Origin: Thermoplasmata archaeon | GTDB taxonomy: Archaea > Thermoplasmatota > Thermoplasmata > Halarchaeoplasmatales > Halarchaeoplasmataceae | Assembly (NCBI GenBank): GCA_046540335.1 | Contig: JBKHFH010000002.1 | Span: 5,287-69,286 of the forward strand | DNA: 64,000 nt | Direction of reading: 5' to 3' | Shown: in pieces, positions 49,976-59,996 of the stretch | How the letters are laid out: each line of letters opens with the position of its first letter | How positions within the stretch are numbered: position 1 is the first letter of the stretch | The notes under the pieces: generated by a model | Databases searched by the model: none | What the model saw: only the letters and a program-made list of their open reading frames with translations | What the model was told of the DNA's origin: nothing | Made by a program: the position numbers and the translations under genes

Positions 49976-52900
49976 ATGAAAAGGAACAAGCCTCAAAAAG
50001 AAGCAGCCAAATATATTTTGTCTCTAGTGATCTCTACGTTTGTCATACTCTCTGTTTTCTCTACCGGTCTTGCCTCACCGCGGCGCGATGAAAAAAGAAT
50101 AGAGATGATCGTACAGAAGAGAGGAAGTAATCTTGAAGATTCGATTTCGAGTCATGGAAAAGTGATCGAAGAGTATGATAATTTCTTCCTGCTGGAAACG
50201 AGTGAGGATGAAAAGAGCGCTCTAAGAAGGGATGGATATACGATCGAGTCTCTAGAGAATAAATATCACGTAGGGCTAGGACAATACACTTTTAACACCC
50301 GAGACGGTCCGCCCGAGACACCCGGAAATCTAAAGATCGACGAGTATGGGGAAGACGTATCGGGTCTTTACATAGTGCAGTTCATCGGACCTATAAAGTC
50401 TGGATGGAAAGAAAGGATGAGAAGTATGGGTGTTTCGTTCCACGAATTTCGACACCGCTTCAACTATATCGTGAGTATGGATCCCGGGATCAGGCGAGAC
50501 GTGGAGCGGTTGGATTTTGTCAACTGGGTGGGAATATATCAGCCCGCCTACAGGTTCGATAGCGAACTGCTCAAAAGTGAAGGATCGGTATCTTTAGAAG
50601 TCACGTTCGCGCGAGACGCAAGTACCGGCGGAAGTTTACCGGTGAAACGGATATCCACTATGGGTGAAAATGCTGTGAGAGTTCAATCCGGTAAGATGAA
50701 GATGGAAAGCTCACCTAAAGATATAGAGAGGATAGCGCGTTTGAACAGCGTCCTTTCGATAAGGGAAAGTAATGAGGATTACAGCTTCTTGAACTCAGAC
50801 GCGACCTGGATCGGCCAGACAAACGAGGAAGGATACAGAAAAGTGACGGAGAAGAGTATCGTCGGCAGCGGCGAACTGATAACGGTGATGGACAGCCAAC
50901 TGTACATGGAAGATGACTACAATGGTGATGGCGTTCATGAGATGTGGGAAGACCCTGAAGGTAATGCTATAGGAGACGATCATCGTAAAGTTCAGGCGTG
51001 GTATGTCCCGGGAGATTCAAACGCAAAATTAGATTACGGAGTTTACCACGGAACCCACGTAACAGGTACTGTATTGGGGGACTCACCCGATTACGAAGAA
51101 TACAGCGGAAAGGACGGCCACGCGATCGGCGCTAGGCTCGTTTTCCAAGATATAGATAACGAAGCCTACGGTCTGAATCTCCCTTCAGACATGTACAATA
51201 TGGGATGGGGAGACACCTATGACAGAGGCTCCAGGATACATACCAACAGTTGGGGAGGCGGAGACGGTTACGGAGGTTACGCCCTTGAGGGAGATCAGTT
51301 CCTATGGGATCACAAGGACTTCAACATACTGTATGCGATGGGTAACTCCGGTCCGGAAAACGATACCCTGTCTCAGCAGGCTGAGGGAAAGAACATAATA
51401 AGCGTGGGTTCGGTGATCGATTCACCTTATCAGAACCAGGTCTCGGACTTCAGCAGCAGAGGTTACGCCGACGATGGAAGGATAAAGCCAACTGTCATGC
51501 ATGTGGGTGATAACGTCGTATCCGCCAACCGCAGTTACGATGGATATCAATCTCTGAGTGGAACAAGTATGGCTACTCCTGGCGTCGCGGGACAGCTCGG
51601 CCAGATAAGGCAGTATTATGAGGAAGGCTGGCACGTTTCGGGTGAAGCTCGCGTTGAAGAAGGTTTCGAGCCCAGCAACGCGCTGGTAAGAGCAACTATA
51701 ATCAACGGGGCTGAGGAGATATCGGGGAACGGGGCCTACGAAAACGATCTGCGGTTCCCGAACAACGATCAGGGCTACGGTATGAGCAGACTAGATAGAG
51801 CCCTGCACTTCAATGGCGATGAAAGGAGCCTTGAGATATTCGACTCTCTACACGAGAACTTGAGTTTAGATACCGGTGAGAGCTGGAGCACGGAGTTCGA
51901 AGTAAACGATACTAGTGAAGAGCTGGAGATAACTTTAGCCTGGACAGACTATCCGGGCTCTGCAGGGTCCAATTCCAGCGATCCCGCGATAGTGAACGAT
52001 CTAGACCTCAAGATAATCGCTCCCGACGGAACCAGATTAGTCGGTAATGCTTTCACCGGGAACGACCCGGGTTATTCCGAACCTGATCCCGTGGACAATC
52101 CCTGGAGCGGGATGAGGGATGGTCAACACGACGGATTGAACGTGGATGAGAACGTCTTGCTTTTGCCAGATCAAAACGGCGTTCAGAAAGGTACATATGA
52201 AGTGAGAGTCGAAGCTCATCAGGTACCCGAGGGAGAGCAGCCCTTCGCGGTCGTCGTCAACGGCGGGCTGAAAACCGAAGATGTAACTGAAAGTCCCGCG
52301 GTCGAGATCGACAGACCTCTAGGAACTGCTGAGTGGTACGCTAGAGACGAGGAAGAGATAGGGTGGAATACCACAGCCGGAGATGGAAATATCACGAGTA
52401 TCGACCTAGAATACAGCGTCGACGGCGGGACTTCATGGGATACTATCCAGGAAGCGGTCGAAGACGACGGGAGTTACGTATGGACCGTTCCGGACGAACC
52501 GACCGAAGAGGCTAGAGTAAAAGCTACAGTACACGACGATAATAATCTTACTGGAGAAGGAGAAAGTGAGCTTTTCTATATAAAAAGGGACAGTCATGAG
52601 TTGGTCGTCGATTCTACCGATGGCGGCGACGTGGTAGAACCGGGCGAAGGAACGTTTGAATACAACTCTAGTGAGGTGGTGGATCTAGAAGCAGTAGCAG
52701 ATGACGGCTATCAATTCATCGAATGGACAGGAAATAATGCAACGATAGACGAACCGATATCAAATCAGACCGCTATATCTATGGAAGATAATTACACTAT
52801 AACTGCTGAATTTGCTTCTACTGAAGTATCCGAGGTTTTAATTTATCAGGACACCGATCGAGTAGTTGAAGCAGGCGAAGAGCTGACATTTGACGCTGAG

Positions 52901-55429
52901 GCCTACGACCAGAACGGCAATTTGATCACGGACGATCCGACCGATTTCACCTGGGAGAACGCCACCGATGGTGTGTTCTACGAGACAGAGACGGGAGATT
53001 ACGACGTGACAGCGACATACGAAGGGGTCACGTCGAATATTACCACGGTAGCAGTAGAGCCGGCAGACGCACAGAGTATAGAATTGACCCCGCAGACAAC
53101 CAATATCACAGCGGGTGATTCACAGGCCTTCAATGCGACAGCTTACGACGAGTGGGGTAACGCTTTCGATGTTACCGACGATACCAGCTTGTCGGACGAT
53201 GTCGACCCTGTAGATCGTTCTTACTGGACTGATAACGTGATAACAGTTGAAGAGGCCGGCGACTGGAACATCGTGGGAGAATATCAAAATACTGATGGAT
53301 CTGTATCGACCGATGAGGCGAGCTTAACGGTAGAACCCGGAACATTTGACGAGGTTGTTATCTATCTAGAGACCGATCAAACCGTTCAGGCTGGAGAAGA
53401 GTTGTTGTTTGATGCCGAAGCATATGATAGTTACGGTAATCTGATAACAGACAATGCGGACGATTTCACCTGGGAGAACGCTTCTAAAGGTGTATTCTAC
53501 GAGACGAAGACAGGTGAATACGGCGTTACTGCGGAGTACAACGGAGTCTCTTCGAGGAAAACCACGGTCAAGGTGGAGTCCGCTGAGGAAAACTACGTCG
53601 TTTTAACTCCAGGGATCAATCAGACGATAACTGCTGGAGAAACAATAGACTTTGACGCAGAAGCCTACGATCGGTACGATAATCTGGTAGATGAGGATGA
53701 TATCAACTTTACATGGCAGAACACCGATAGCAAAGGAGTGTTTACAAAAACGACCGCGGGAGACTACGACGTGAATGCGACCTATGACGGTGTTTCCTCA
53801 GCGATAACGGTAGTTACTGTTGAAGCAGGAAGAGTCGATCAGGTAAAGATAACACCGAGGGCAGATCAGACGATAACTGCTGGAGAAACGATGGAATTCG
53901 AAGCAGAAGCTTATGATCAGGATAATAATCTGATCACGAAAAACCGGACTGACTTTAGATGGGAGAACGCCACGAGAGGTGTTTTCAATCGTAGAAGAGC
54001 CGGAGAATACGAAGTGAGAGCCTCCTATGATGATGTTAACTCAACTTTAACTACAGTAACGGTCGAACCTTCTGCAGTTCAAAGGATAGAGATCACACCT
54101 GAAGAGAATGAGGTCAATGCAGGTGAGACCGTTAGTTACGAAGTCATAGCTTTTGACGAGTACGAGAACGAGATAGACGACGTAAGCGGAAACACGAGCT
54201 GGTCGGTAGATTCCGGAGCGGGCGGAAGTTGGACAGGGAGCGACTACACTGCTGAGAACGCGGGCGAATGGACTGTCACAGGTGACTATGATGGAATCAA
54301 TGATACTGCCTTGCTGACAGTTGAGTCAGGAACGGTAAATACGGTAGAATTGACACCTTCTTCGGATCAGACGATCACTTCGGGCGAACAGATCGAATTT
54401 TCTGTGCTAGTTTACGACGCCTACGGTAATTCTCTCGGTATAGATGTGGATGATATCCAATGGGAGAACGTTACGAGAGGTGTGTTTTACCATGACGAAG
54501 CCGGTGAGTATGATGTTAGCGCCGCTTATCGAGGCATAGAGTCGGATGTTGTGGTAGTTACGGTTGAAGCATCACATGAACTCCGGATATCTCCGGAGGA
54601 AACTAGTGTTCAAGAGAGTGATACGGTAGTGTATGAAGCCGCAGTCTATGACATCCACGGGAAAAAACTCGAAGATGTTACAGAACATGCAGAGTGGTCT
54701 ATAGAGCCGGGAGCGGGCGGCAGCTGGGATGACAATGTCTACACTTCAGAGAAAACCGGTAATTGGACGGTGGCCGCGAGTCATGAAGATCTTACCGCAG
54801 AAGCCGAACTTAAGGTAGAAGTTGAGAATCATGGTCTAGAGTGGGATGTAAACGGAGAGGGAGCGGTTGAAACCGAAGGTCAGGGGGAAACGTACTCTCA
54901 CGGAGAAACTGTCGAACTCCGAGCTGTGCCTGAAGAGGGGTGGTACTTCGTAGGATGGAGTGGAGATATCAAGAGTGAAGAAGGAGTGATCAAAGTCACT
55001 GTAGACCGAAAATTGAACGTAACCGCCAACTTTGCAAAAAACGGAACATCACGATTCGACTTAGAGATCATAACGATAGATCTGGAAGAGGGAGTTGCCA
55101 AAATAGAGTTCGTTATAGAAAACATAGGTGACTTTGAGGATAGAAAGGAAGTTTTACTGACAGTCGATGGCGAGAAAGAAAAAAAGATAGAACTCGAACT
55201 TGAAGCTGGAGCGAGAGAGGAAGAGGAGATGATCTGGGAACCGGACGAAGAAGGAGAGCATAGAGTCAGGTTGGACTGCGGAGATGATTTTCAGGTCGAA
55301 ACGGTCCATATCGACGATTCTTTATCCGAGGATAGTTCCGATGATTCACTCGACTATATCTACCTGCTTTTGCCCGGAATTTTCGTGATAGTGCTGATTC
55401 TAGCCTACGTTAAAAGGTCGAGAAGATAG
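49976..55429 (+). CDS. giant S8 subtilisin-like serine protease with about 10 Ig-like (Big-type) repeats and a PGF-CTERM-like membrane anchor
   Basis: 'HGTHVTGTVLG' (His) and 'SGTSMATPGVAG' (Ser) S8 motifs; repeated about 90-aa beta modules ('TVxVEP...ITAGExxxFxAxAYDxxGN'); Ser/Asp-rich linker, then C-terminal 'LLLPGIFVIVLILAYVKRSRR'. The ATG at 49976 follows a GGAG ribosome-binding site. Confidence 0.85.
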   Translation: MKRNKPQKEAAKYILSLVISTFVILSVFSTGLASPRRDEKRIEMIVQKRGSNLEDSISSHGKVIEEYDNFFLLETSEDEKSALRRDGYTIESLENKYHVGLGQYTFNTRDGPPETPGNLKIDEYGEDVSGLYIVQFIGPIKSGWKERMRSMGVSFHEFRHRFNYIVSMDPGIRRDVERLDFVNWVGIYQPAYRFDSELLKSEGSVSLEVTFARDASTGGSLPVKRISTMGENAVRVQSGKMKMESSPKDIERIARLNSVLSIRESNEDYSFLNSDATWIGQTNEEGYRKVTEKSIVGSGELITVMDSQLYMEDDYNGDGVHEMWEDPEGNAIGDDHRKVQAWYVPGDSNAKLDYGVYHGTHVTGTVLGDSPDYEEYSGKDGHAIGARLVFQDIDNEAYGLNLPSDMYNMGWGDTYDRGSRIHTNSWGGGDGYGGYALEGDQFLWDHKDFNILYAMGNSGPENDTLSQQAEGKNIISVGSVIDSPYQNQVSDFSSRGYADDGRIKPTVMHVGDNVVSANRSYDGYQSLSGTSMATPGVAGQLGQIRQYYEEGWHVSGEARVEEGFEPSNALVRATIINGAEEISGNGAYENDLRFPNNDQGYGMSRLDRALHFNGDERSLEIFDSLHENLSLDTGESWSTEFEVNDTSEELEITLAWTDYPGSAGSNSSDPAIVNDLDLKIIAPDGTRLVGNAFTGNDPGYSEPDPVDNPWSGMRDGQHDGLNVDENVLLLPDQNGVQKGTYEVRVEAHQVPEGEQPFAVVVNGGLKTEDVTESPAVEIDRPLGTAEWYARDEEEIGWNTTAGDGNITSIDLEYSVDGGTSWDTIQEAVEDDGSYVWTVPDEPTEEARVKATVHDDNNLTGEGESELFYIKRDSHELVVDSTDGGDVVEPGEGTFEYNSSEVVDLEAVADDGYQFIEWTGNNATIDEPISNQTAISMEDNYTITAEFASTEVSEVLIYQDTDRVVEAGEELTFDAEAYDQNGNLITDDPTDFTWENATDGVFYETETGDYDVTATYEGVTSNITTVAVEPADAQSIELTPQTTNITAGDSQAFNATAYDEWGNAFDVTDDTSLSDDVDPVDRSYWTDNVITVEEAGDWNIVGEYQNTDGSVSTDEASLTVEPGTFDEVVIYLETDQTVQAGEELLFDAEAYDSYGNLITDNADDFTWENASKGVFYETKTGEYGVTAEYNGVSSRKTTVKVESAEENYVVLTPGINQTITAGETIDFDAEAYDRYDNLVDEDDINFTWQNTDSKGVFTKTTAGDYDVNATYDGVSSAITVVTVEAGRVDQVKITPRADQTITAGETMEFEAEAYDQDNNLITKNRTDFRWENATRGVFNRRRAGEYEVRASYDDVNSTLTTVTVEPSAVQRIEITPEENEVNAGETVSYEVIAFDEYENEIDDVSGNTSWSVDSGAGGSWTGSDYTAENAGEWTVTGDYDGINDTALLTVESGTVNTVELTPSSDQTITSGEQIEFSVLVYDAYGNSLGIDVDDIQWENVTRGVFYHDEAGEYDVSAAYRGIESDVVVVTVEASHELRISPEETSVQESDTVVYEAAVYDIHGKKLEDVTEHAEWSIEPGAGGSWDDNVYTSEKTGNWTVAASHEDLTAEAELKVEVENHGLEWDVNGEGAVETEGQGETYSHGETVELRAVPEEGWYFVGWSGDIKSEEGVIKVTVDRKLNVTANFAKNGTSRFDLEIITIDLEEGVAKIEFVIENIGDFEDRKEVLLTVDGEKEKKIELELEAGAREEEEMIWEPDEEGEHRVRLDCGDDFQVETVHIDDSLSEDSSDDSLDYIYLLLPGIFVIVLILAYVKRSRR

Positions 55430-55486
55430 GAAACACGGGATAACGTATAATTAACGTTTCACCGGTATAAAAAGCGGGACGGTAAG

Positions 55487-56269
55487 ATGTTCGGGATCAA
55501 GGTAGGAACCTGCGGTTATGGTTACTATAAACCGGAAGACGACTGGAAAGAAAAATACGAGAGCAAGCTTCAGGCCTATTCATACGATTTCGAGACCGTG
55601 GAGATAAACAAGACTTTCTATAAGCTACCGATGGTCAAAACAGCGAAAAGATGGAGAGACAACGCTCGAAAAGATTTCGTTTTCAATTTCAAAGCATGGC
55701 AGGCACTCACTCACACCAGCTCGAGTCCTACGTGGCGAGGGAATAAGAGCGGCCTTTCAGACTCACGGCTTGACAACTTCGGTTATCTCCGGCCCAACGA
55801 GGACGTGATCCAGGCATGGGAGGAGATCAAAAAGATAGGTGAAGCCCTCGATGCAGATGTCTGCCTGATACAGACGCCGGGTAGTTTTGACTGCAGCGAG
55901 GAACACGAGGAGAATATGAGGAAGTTCTTCAATGATATCGATCGGAACGATCTAGATATTGCCTGGGAACCTCGTGGTGACTGGAAGGAGAACAGAGAAA
56001 AAGTCCAAGAGATCTGTGATGACTTAGATCTTATCCACGTGGTCGATCTGCTGAGGGAGGAACCACTTTCCGACCACCGCATAGCTTACACTAGACTCCA
56101 CGGTCTGAACGAGGGGAGATACGAATATGATTACGACTATACCGATGAAGAGTTGGAAACGCTAGCCGAAAGGTTGAGAGGACTCTCAAAAAAGCATGAA
56201 AAAGTCTACTGCATGTTCAACAACTACGAGATGTTCGACAATGCAAAAGAGTTGAAAGAGATTTTGTAA
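55487..56269 (+). CDS. DUF72 (UPF0759) family protein
   Basis: 'IKVGTCGYGYY...FETVEINKTFYKLP...FVFNFKAWQALTH' matches the DUF72 pattern. Confidence 0.7.
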   Translation: MFGIKVGTCGYGYYKPEDDWKEKYESKLQAYSYDFETVEINKTFYKLPMVKTAKRWRDNARKDFVFNFKAWQALTHTSSSPTWRGNKSGLSDSRLDNFGYLRPNEDVIQAWEEIKKIGEALDADVCLIQTPGSFDCSEEHEENMRKFFNDIDRNDLDIAWEPRGDWKENREKVQEICDDLDLIHVVDLLREEPLSDHRIAYTRLHGLNEGRYEYDYDYTDEELETLAERLRGLSKKHEKVYCMFNNYEMFDNAKELKEIL

Positions 56270-56278
56270 GAGTTTTTT

Positions 56279-57448
56279 TCATTCTTCTTCTAGCTTTCTC
56301 TCCAGTTCTTCGATCCTTTGCTCTAGAGTTTTTATCTTTTCGTCTTTCTTTGTCAGGCCCGGCTTGAACATCTTCTCGTAAGTGGATCTGATCGGCTCTA
56401 GAAACTCTTCTAACTTGTCCATGTACTCCATCTCTGCCAATTCCGTGAACTCCTCGATCCTCTGAGCGAGCTTTGGTTTTTCCTTTCCTAGGTTCTTCCA
56501 GAAATCTCTGTAGATGTGATCGTGTTTTTTAGGTATCTTCGATATCTTCTTATCCAGCTTATCAGAGATCAAAGACCATTTTTTGAGCAGTTTTTCCGCG
56601 TTCTCGTTCTCTTTAGCCATCTTTTTTAGCTGTACGGTGATGTTCTCCGAGAACTCGTCCCATGTGTCATACAACTCTTCTTCTTTATCTTCCAGGCTTT
56701 TCCTCCCTTCCCCCAGTTCTTCTCTTATCTCTTTAACCATATCGAACCAGAGCGGATAGAGCTCACTGATCTTTTTGTCTTGATCGGCGATTATCTCTCG
56801 GCTCCTGTCTGTGTGTTCCTGGATGACGTCTTTCAGGGTCTCTCTCCTTATCTCTATCTCGAGAGGTATCTCTTTCATGTGGAAATCCATCTCTCCGGAG
56901 AATTTCTCCCATTCCCCTTTTAAACGGTCGACGTCCTCGTCGGGAAGCTCCGTTTTCGCGAGCCTCTCTATGTTCTTTTTTATCACCTGTGACTGCTCCT
57001 CCCACATATCTTCTACTTCCATCCAGTATTTTTCGGGACTGATCTTGAAACTGCCTAAACTCTCATCGACTTCTTTCTGCATGTCTTCCCAGAATTTTTT
57101 GATGTACTTGCTCCCATCAGTGGTCAAACCTTGTAGTAGATCAGCAGTTTCAAAGACCTCTACTTCTTCCTCCTCTTCGATCTCGGGTTCCTCTTCCTCA
57201 TCGTACTGTCCGACCCTTCCTTTCACGACCTCGTAAAAGTCGATCGATAGCATCTGATCTGCCATGTCGTCCTTTGTCCAGTTACTCTGTACATCTATAT
57301 CTAGACTGGAGAGTAGTTCTTCCATCTCATCTTTGAGAAACTCGTCCTTCAATACATCACGTATCTCTTCTGCATCTTCTTTTTTATCATAAGCCTCTAG
57401 ATACCTTACATATAACTCGTCCGCTTCATCCATAAACATCACTCCCAT
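56279..57448 (-). CDS. hypothetical highly acidic coiled-coil protein with internal about 25-aa aromatic repeats
   Basis: 389 aa, Glu/Lys/Asp-rich; recurring 'xYWMEVEDMWEE', 'LYPLWFDMVKEIREE', 'LYDTWDEFSEN', 'IYRDFWKNLGKE' and 'EYMDKLEEFLEP' motifs. Confidence 0.45.
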   Translation of the reverse strand: MGVMFMDEADELYVRYLEAYDKKEDAEEIRDVLKDEFLKDEMEELLSSLDIDVQSNWTKDDMADQMLSIDFYEVVKGRVGQYDEEEEPEIEEEEEVEVFETADLLQGLTTDGSKYIKKFWEDMQKEVDESLGSFKISPEKYWMEVEDMWEEQSQVIKKNIERLAKTELPDEDVDRLKGEWEKFSGEMDFHMKEIPLEIEIRRETLKDVIQEHTDRSREIIADQDKKISELYPLWFDMVKEIREELGEGRKSLEDKEEELYDTWDEFSENITVQLKKMAKENENAEKLLKKWSLISDKLDKKISKIPKKHDHIYRDFWKNLGKEKPKLAQRIEEFTELAEMEYMDKLEEFLEPIRSTYEKMFKPGLTKKDEKIKTLEQRIEELERKLEEE

Positions 57449-57514
57449 TTACTATCTAAGCATAACTATAGAGCTTAATATATCTTTTTATTTTTTACTC
57501 TTCGATATAATACT

Positions 57515-57952
57515 TTAATATTCTCCGACTGGACATCTATCGCTTTTACACTCGGGAATAGTCTTCCCGTGAGGACATACTTCCGGGGCTCCCATTCTTT
57601 CGCACAGTTCGTCGATCATTTCCATATCGAAGACGTGCTCGAGTTCACACGCCTTTTCGTGTATCTCTTCATCTTCTATATCGAAGAACTCATCCAAAAA
57701 AACTTCCAGTATCCTATGACTCCTGACTATCCTTTTTCCCTCTTTTTTTCCCTTCTCGGTGAGTTCAACACCGTGGTATGGGCGGTAAACGACGTAGCCT
57801 TCCTCCTCAAGCTTGGGCAGTACCTCGGTGACAGAAGGAGAAGATATCCTCAGTTCTTCCGCGATCTCACCGGTCTTTATCTTGTTATTTTCACTCCTAG
57901 AAGTGAGCTTGTAGAGTGTCTCTAGATACTCCTCTTTGGTCTCCTCGTTCAT
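57515..57952 (-). CDS. DtxR/MntR/SirR-family metal-dependent transcriptional repressor
   Basis: N-terminal HTH 'EEYLETLYKL...IKTGEIAEELRISSPSVTEVLPKLEEEGYVVYRPYHGVELTEKG', 'RSHRILEVFL' and C-terminal 'CPHGKTIP'. Confidence 0.8.
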   Translation of the reverse strand: MNEETKEEYLETLYKLTSRSENNKIKTGEIAEELRISSPSVTEVLPKLEEEGYVVYRPYHGVELTEKGKKEGKRIVRSHRILEVFLDEFFDIEDEEIHEKACELEHVFDMEMIDELCERMGAPEVCPHGKTIPECKSDRCPVGEY

Positions 57953-58009
57953 CGTGATATCAAAATGGTAAGATATAGTTAAATTTTCTCCAAGAAAGAG
58001 TAAAATGAT

Positions 58010-58083
58010 AGCGGGGAGTGGATTTGAACCACTGATCTCCGGGTTATGAGCCCGACGGAATATCCTGGCTATCCTACCCCGCT
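58010..58083 (-). tRNA. tRNA-Met (anticodon CAU), archaeal initiator-like with an A1:U72 pair
   Basis: Minus-strand sequence 'AGCGGGGTAGGATAGCCAGGATATTCCGTCGGGCTCATAACCCGGAGATCAGTGGTTCAAATCCACTCCCCGCT' has a 7-bp acceptor stem and a CGGG/CCCG anticodon stem with loop 'CUCAUAA'; no encoded CCA. Confidence 0.8.
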
Positions 58084-58214
58084 CTTATGAAGAGGGACTT
58101 TAAAATCCATCTCTGGGATTTTTCCATACGAATATGTATTTTATAAATCTTTCCGTAAGGTGTTTTTTGAACGGTGAAATAGTTAAATAATTAGAAGCCA
58201 TTGCCAGCTGTTAG

Positions 58215-58823
58215 ATGAACTTGAAAAATAGGAAAAAAACGCTCTTTCTAGTTTCTCTCGCCTCGCTGGTGATTCTGACAATCTTGGTGATGTCAGGAGC
58301 TGTTTCAGCTTTCAACGAAGCAGTTCTGAAAGTCTTTACCGTGAGCAGCGATGATCATATCTATGCCGGCTTCGCTTTACTCACGTACATGGGGAACACC
58401 CTTTTTTTGACGGCGACTTCCCTTCTTATCATCTATCTCCTCTACAGATCCGGTGAGAAGAGGTTATCGTACGGATTCACCGGGATGATGTTTCTCTGCG
58501 GGGTAGCCGTCTTTGTGCTTAAATTCGTGATCAGAAAACCAAGACCCACCTCGGAGGGCATCTATTACTTGGCCTATGGTTATCCGAGCGGCCACACCGC
58601 AGGAGCCTTCACTTTCTTCCTGGGAAGTTACGTTTTCTACTTTATGCTGTATAAAGGAGAACAAGATCTTTTTTACCTTTCTCTTTCTCTGGTCTTGGCT
58701 TCCATAGTGGCGGTCTCTAGACTGGTGCTGGGTGTTCATTATCTCACCGATGTGCTGGGCGGTCTTTTTCTAGCCGCTACGCTGATCAGTTATTTTTGGA
58801 TGAAGATGAGCGATCAAACCTAA
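58215..58823 (+). CDS. PAP2-family membrane phosphatase
   Basis: 'KPRPTSEG', 'PSGH' and 'SRLVLGVHYLTDVLGG' are PAP2 motifs 1-3; about 6 TM helices. Confidence 0.75.
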   Translation: MNLKNRKKTLFLVSLASLVILTILVMSGAVSAFNEAVLKVFTVSSDDHIYAGFALLTYMGNTLFLTATSLLIIYLLYRSGEKRLSYGFTGMMFLCGVAVFVLKFVIRKPRPTSEGIYYLAYGYPSGHTAGAFTFFLGSYVFYFMLYKGEQDLFYLSLSLVLASIVAVSRLVLGVHYLTDVLGGLFLAATLISYFWMKMSDQT

Positions 58824-58862
58824 TCCCAATGTTTATATAATGTGTATCAGACTACACCTACC

Positions 58863-58949
58863 GTGAGCCGCATGGAAAGCGATCTTAGAAACGATTGTTC
58901 ATCTACACCGGGACCTAACGGTGATGGTTTAGAGAGCCCTGTGGCTCAC
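58863..58949 (+). ncRNA. candidate structured RNA or DNA element (10-bp closing stem enclosing 67 nt) in the PAP2-hisZ intergenic region
   Basis: 'gtgagccgca' at 58863-72 pairs with 'tgtggctcac' at 58940-49 with one G-U pair; the enclosed segment contains a box-C-like 'gtgatgg'. Confidence 0.25.
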
Positions 58950-59105
58950 TACGTTCATAATTGAGTTCAGCCAAAATCCCCCCGACTTTTCTGATCTCAT
59001 CTCATCTTTTTCTGCTCAGTCTTTACTCTTACCAGTATTTGCTATGCTATCATCCTCTCCTGCTTTTCTTTTCAGATCGATGTATATCTATCTAGAGGTG
59101 AAAAT

Positions 59106-59996
59106 ATGAAAGGTGATCTGTTCTCTCTTTCGAGCTCTATGTCGGAAATAGCGAAATGTCTGAGAAAAAATTTCTATCTATGGGGATACGAAGAGATCTT
59201 CCTACCCACGATAGAAAGGTACGATGAAGAACTGGACAAAGGTCTGAAATTCTCCTACAACGACAAGTTCCATCTGATCGAACCTGACCCTACATCGCAG
59301 ATACTGAAATATCTAGACGATGAGGAGAGCCTTAGACTGTTCTATATATCCGAGGTATTAGATGGCAGCGTGGAAGGAAACTGGCAGAGCGGTTTAGAAC
59401 TCATCGGCGGTAGGGACTTGTGGATGCAGGTGGAGATATTGAACGTGGTCATTTCCTCTCTAGATAAGCTAGGTATCGAAGAATTCTATGTAGATATCGG
59501 AAGCCTTAGAGTTTGGGAAGATGCTATTCAGGACATAAGAGAATATAGAGATGAAGTCTACACGGCACTAGAGAAAAGGAACTTCGAGATGATAGAATAT
59601 CTTCCTCTTGAGGAAGGAAAAAAAGAGAGATTGTGGGAACTGTTCAATTTTCGGGGGGTCTCCTGTGACTACGAGAAGCTGAACACCATAGCTCAAACTT
59701 TAGATGACGACAGGGTCTCGATAGATTTTGGGACGGTTCGACCGCTCCCATACTACGAGGATCTGATCTTCGAGGTCTATTCACCCGAACTCGGCTATCC
59801 TATAGGTGCTGGAGGTGAATACAGGTCCGACGGTAAAAGGGCCTGTGGTTTCGCCTTCGACCTGGGAGCTATCCTAGAACTGTACGATGGTGAAGTCGGT
59901 GATTACAGAGAGTCCATAGACAAGGATCTAGAGGAGAGTTACAGGCTCGCTAAGAAGAAGATAGAAGAGGACAGACCCATCGAGGTGGAACAATGA
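59106..59996 (+). CDS. hisZ: ATP phosphoribosyltransferase regulatory subunit (HisRS-like paralog)
   Basis: Class-II aaRS-like catalytic core ('[17 protein letters not shown]', '[12 protein letters not shown]', 'QSGLELIGG') placed immediately upstream of a short-form hisG. Confidence 0.65.
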   Translation: MKGDLFSLSSSMSEIAKCLRKNFYLWGYEEIFLPTIERYDEELDKGLKFSYNDKFHLIEPDPTSQILKYLDDEESLRLFYISEVLDGSVEGNWQSGLELIGGRDLWMQVEILNVVISSLDKLGIEEFYVDIGSLRVWEDAIQDIREYRDEVYTALEKRNFEMIEYLPLEEGKKERLWELFNFRGVSCDYEKLNTIAQTLDDDRVSIDFGTVRPLPYYEDLIFEVYSPELGYPIGAGGEYRSDGKRACGFAFDLGAILELYDGEVGDYRESIDKDLEESYRLAKKKIEEDRPIEVEQ

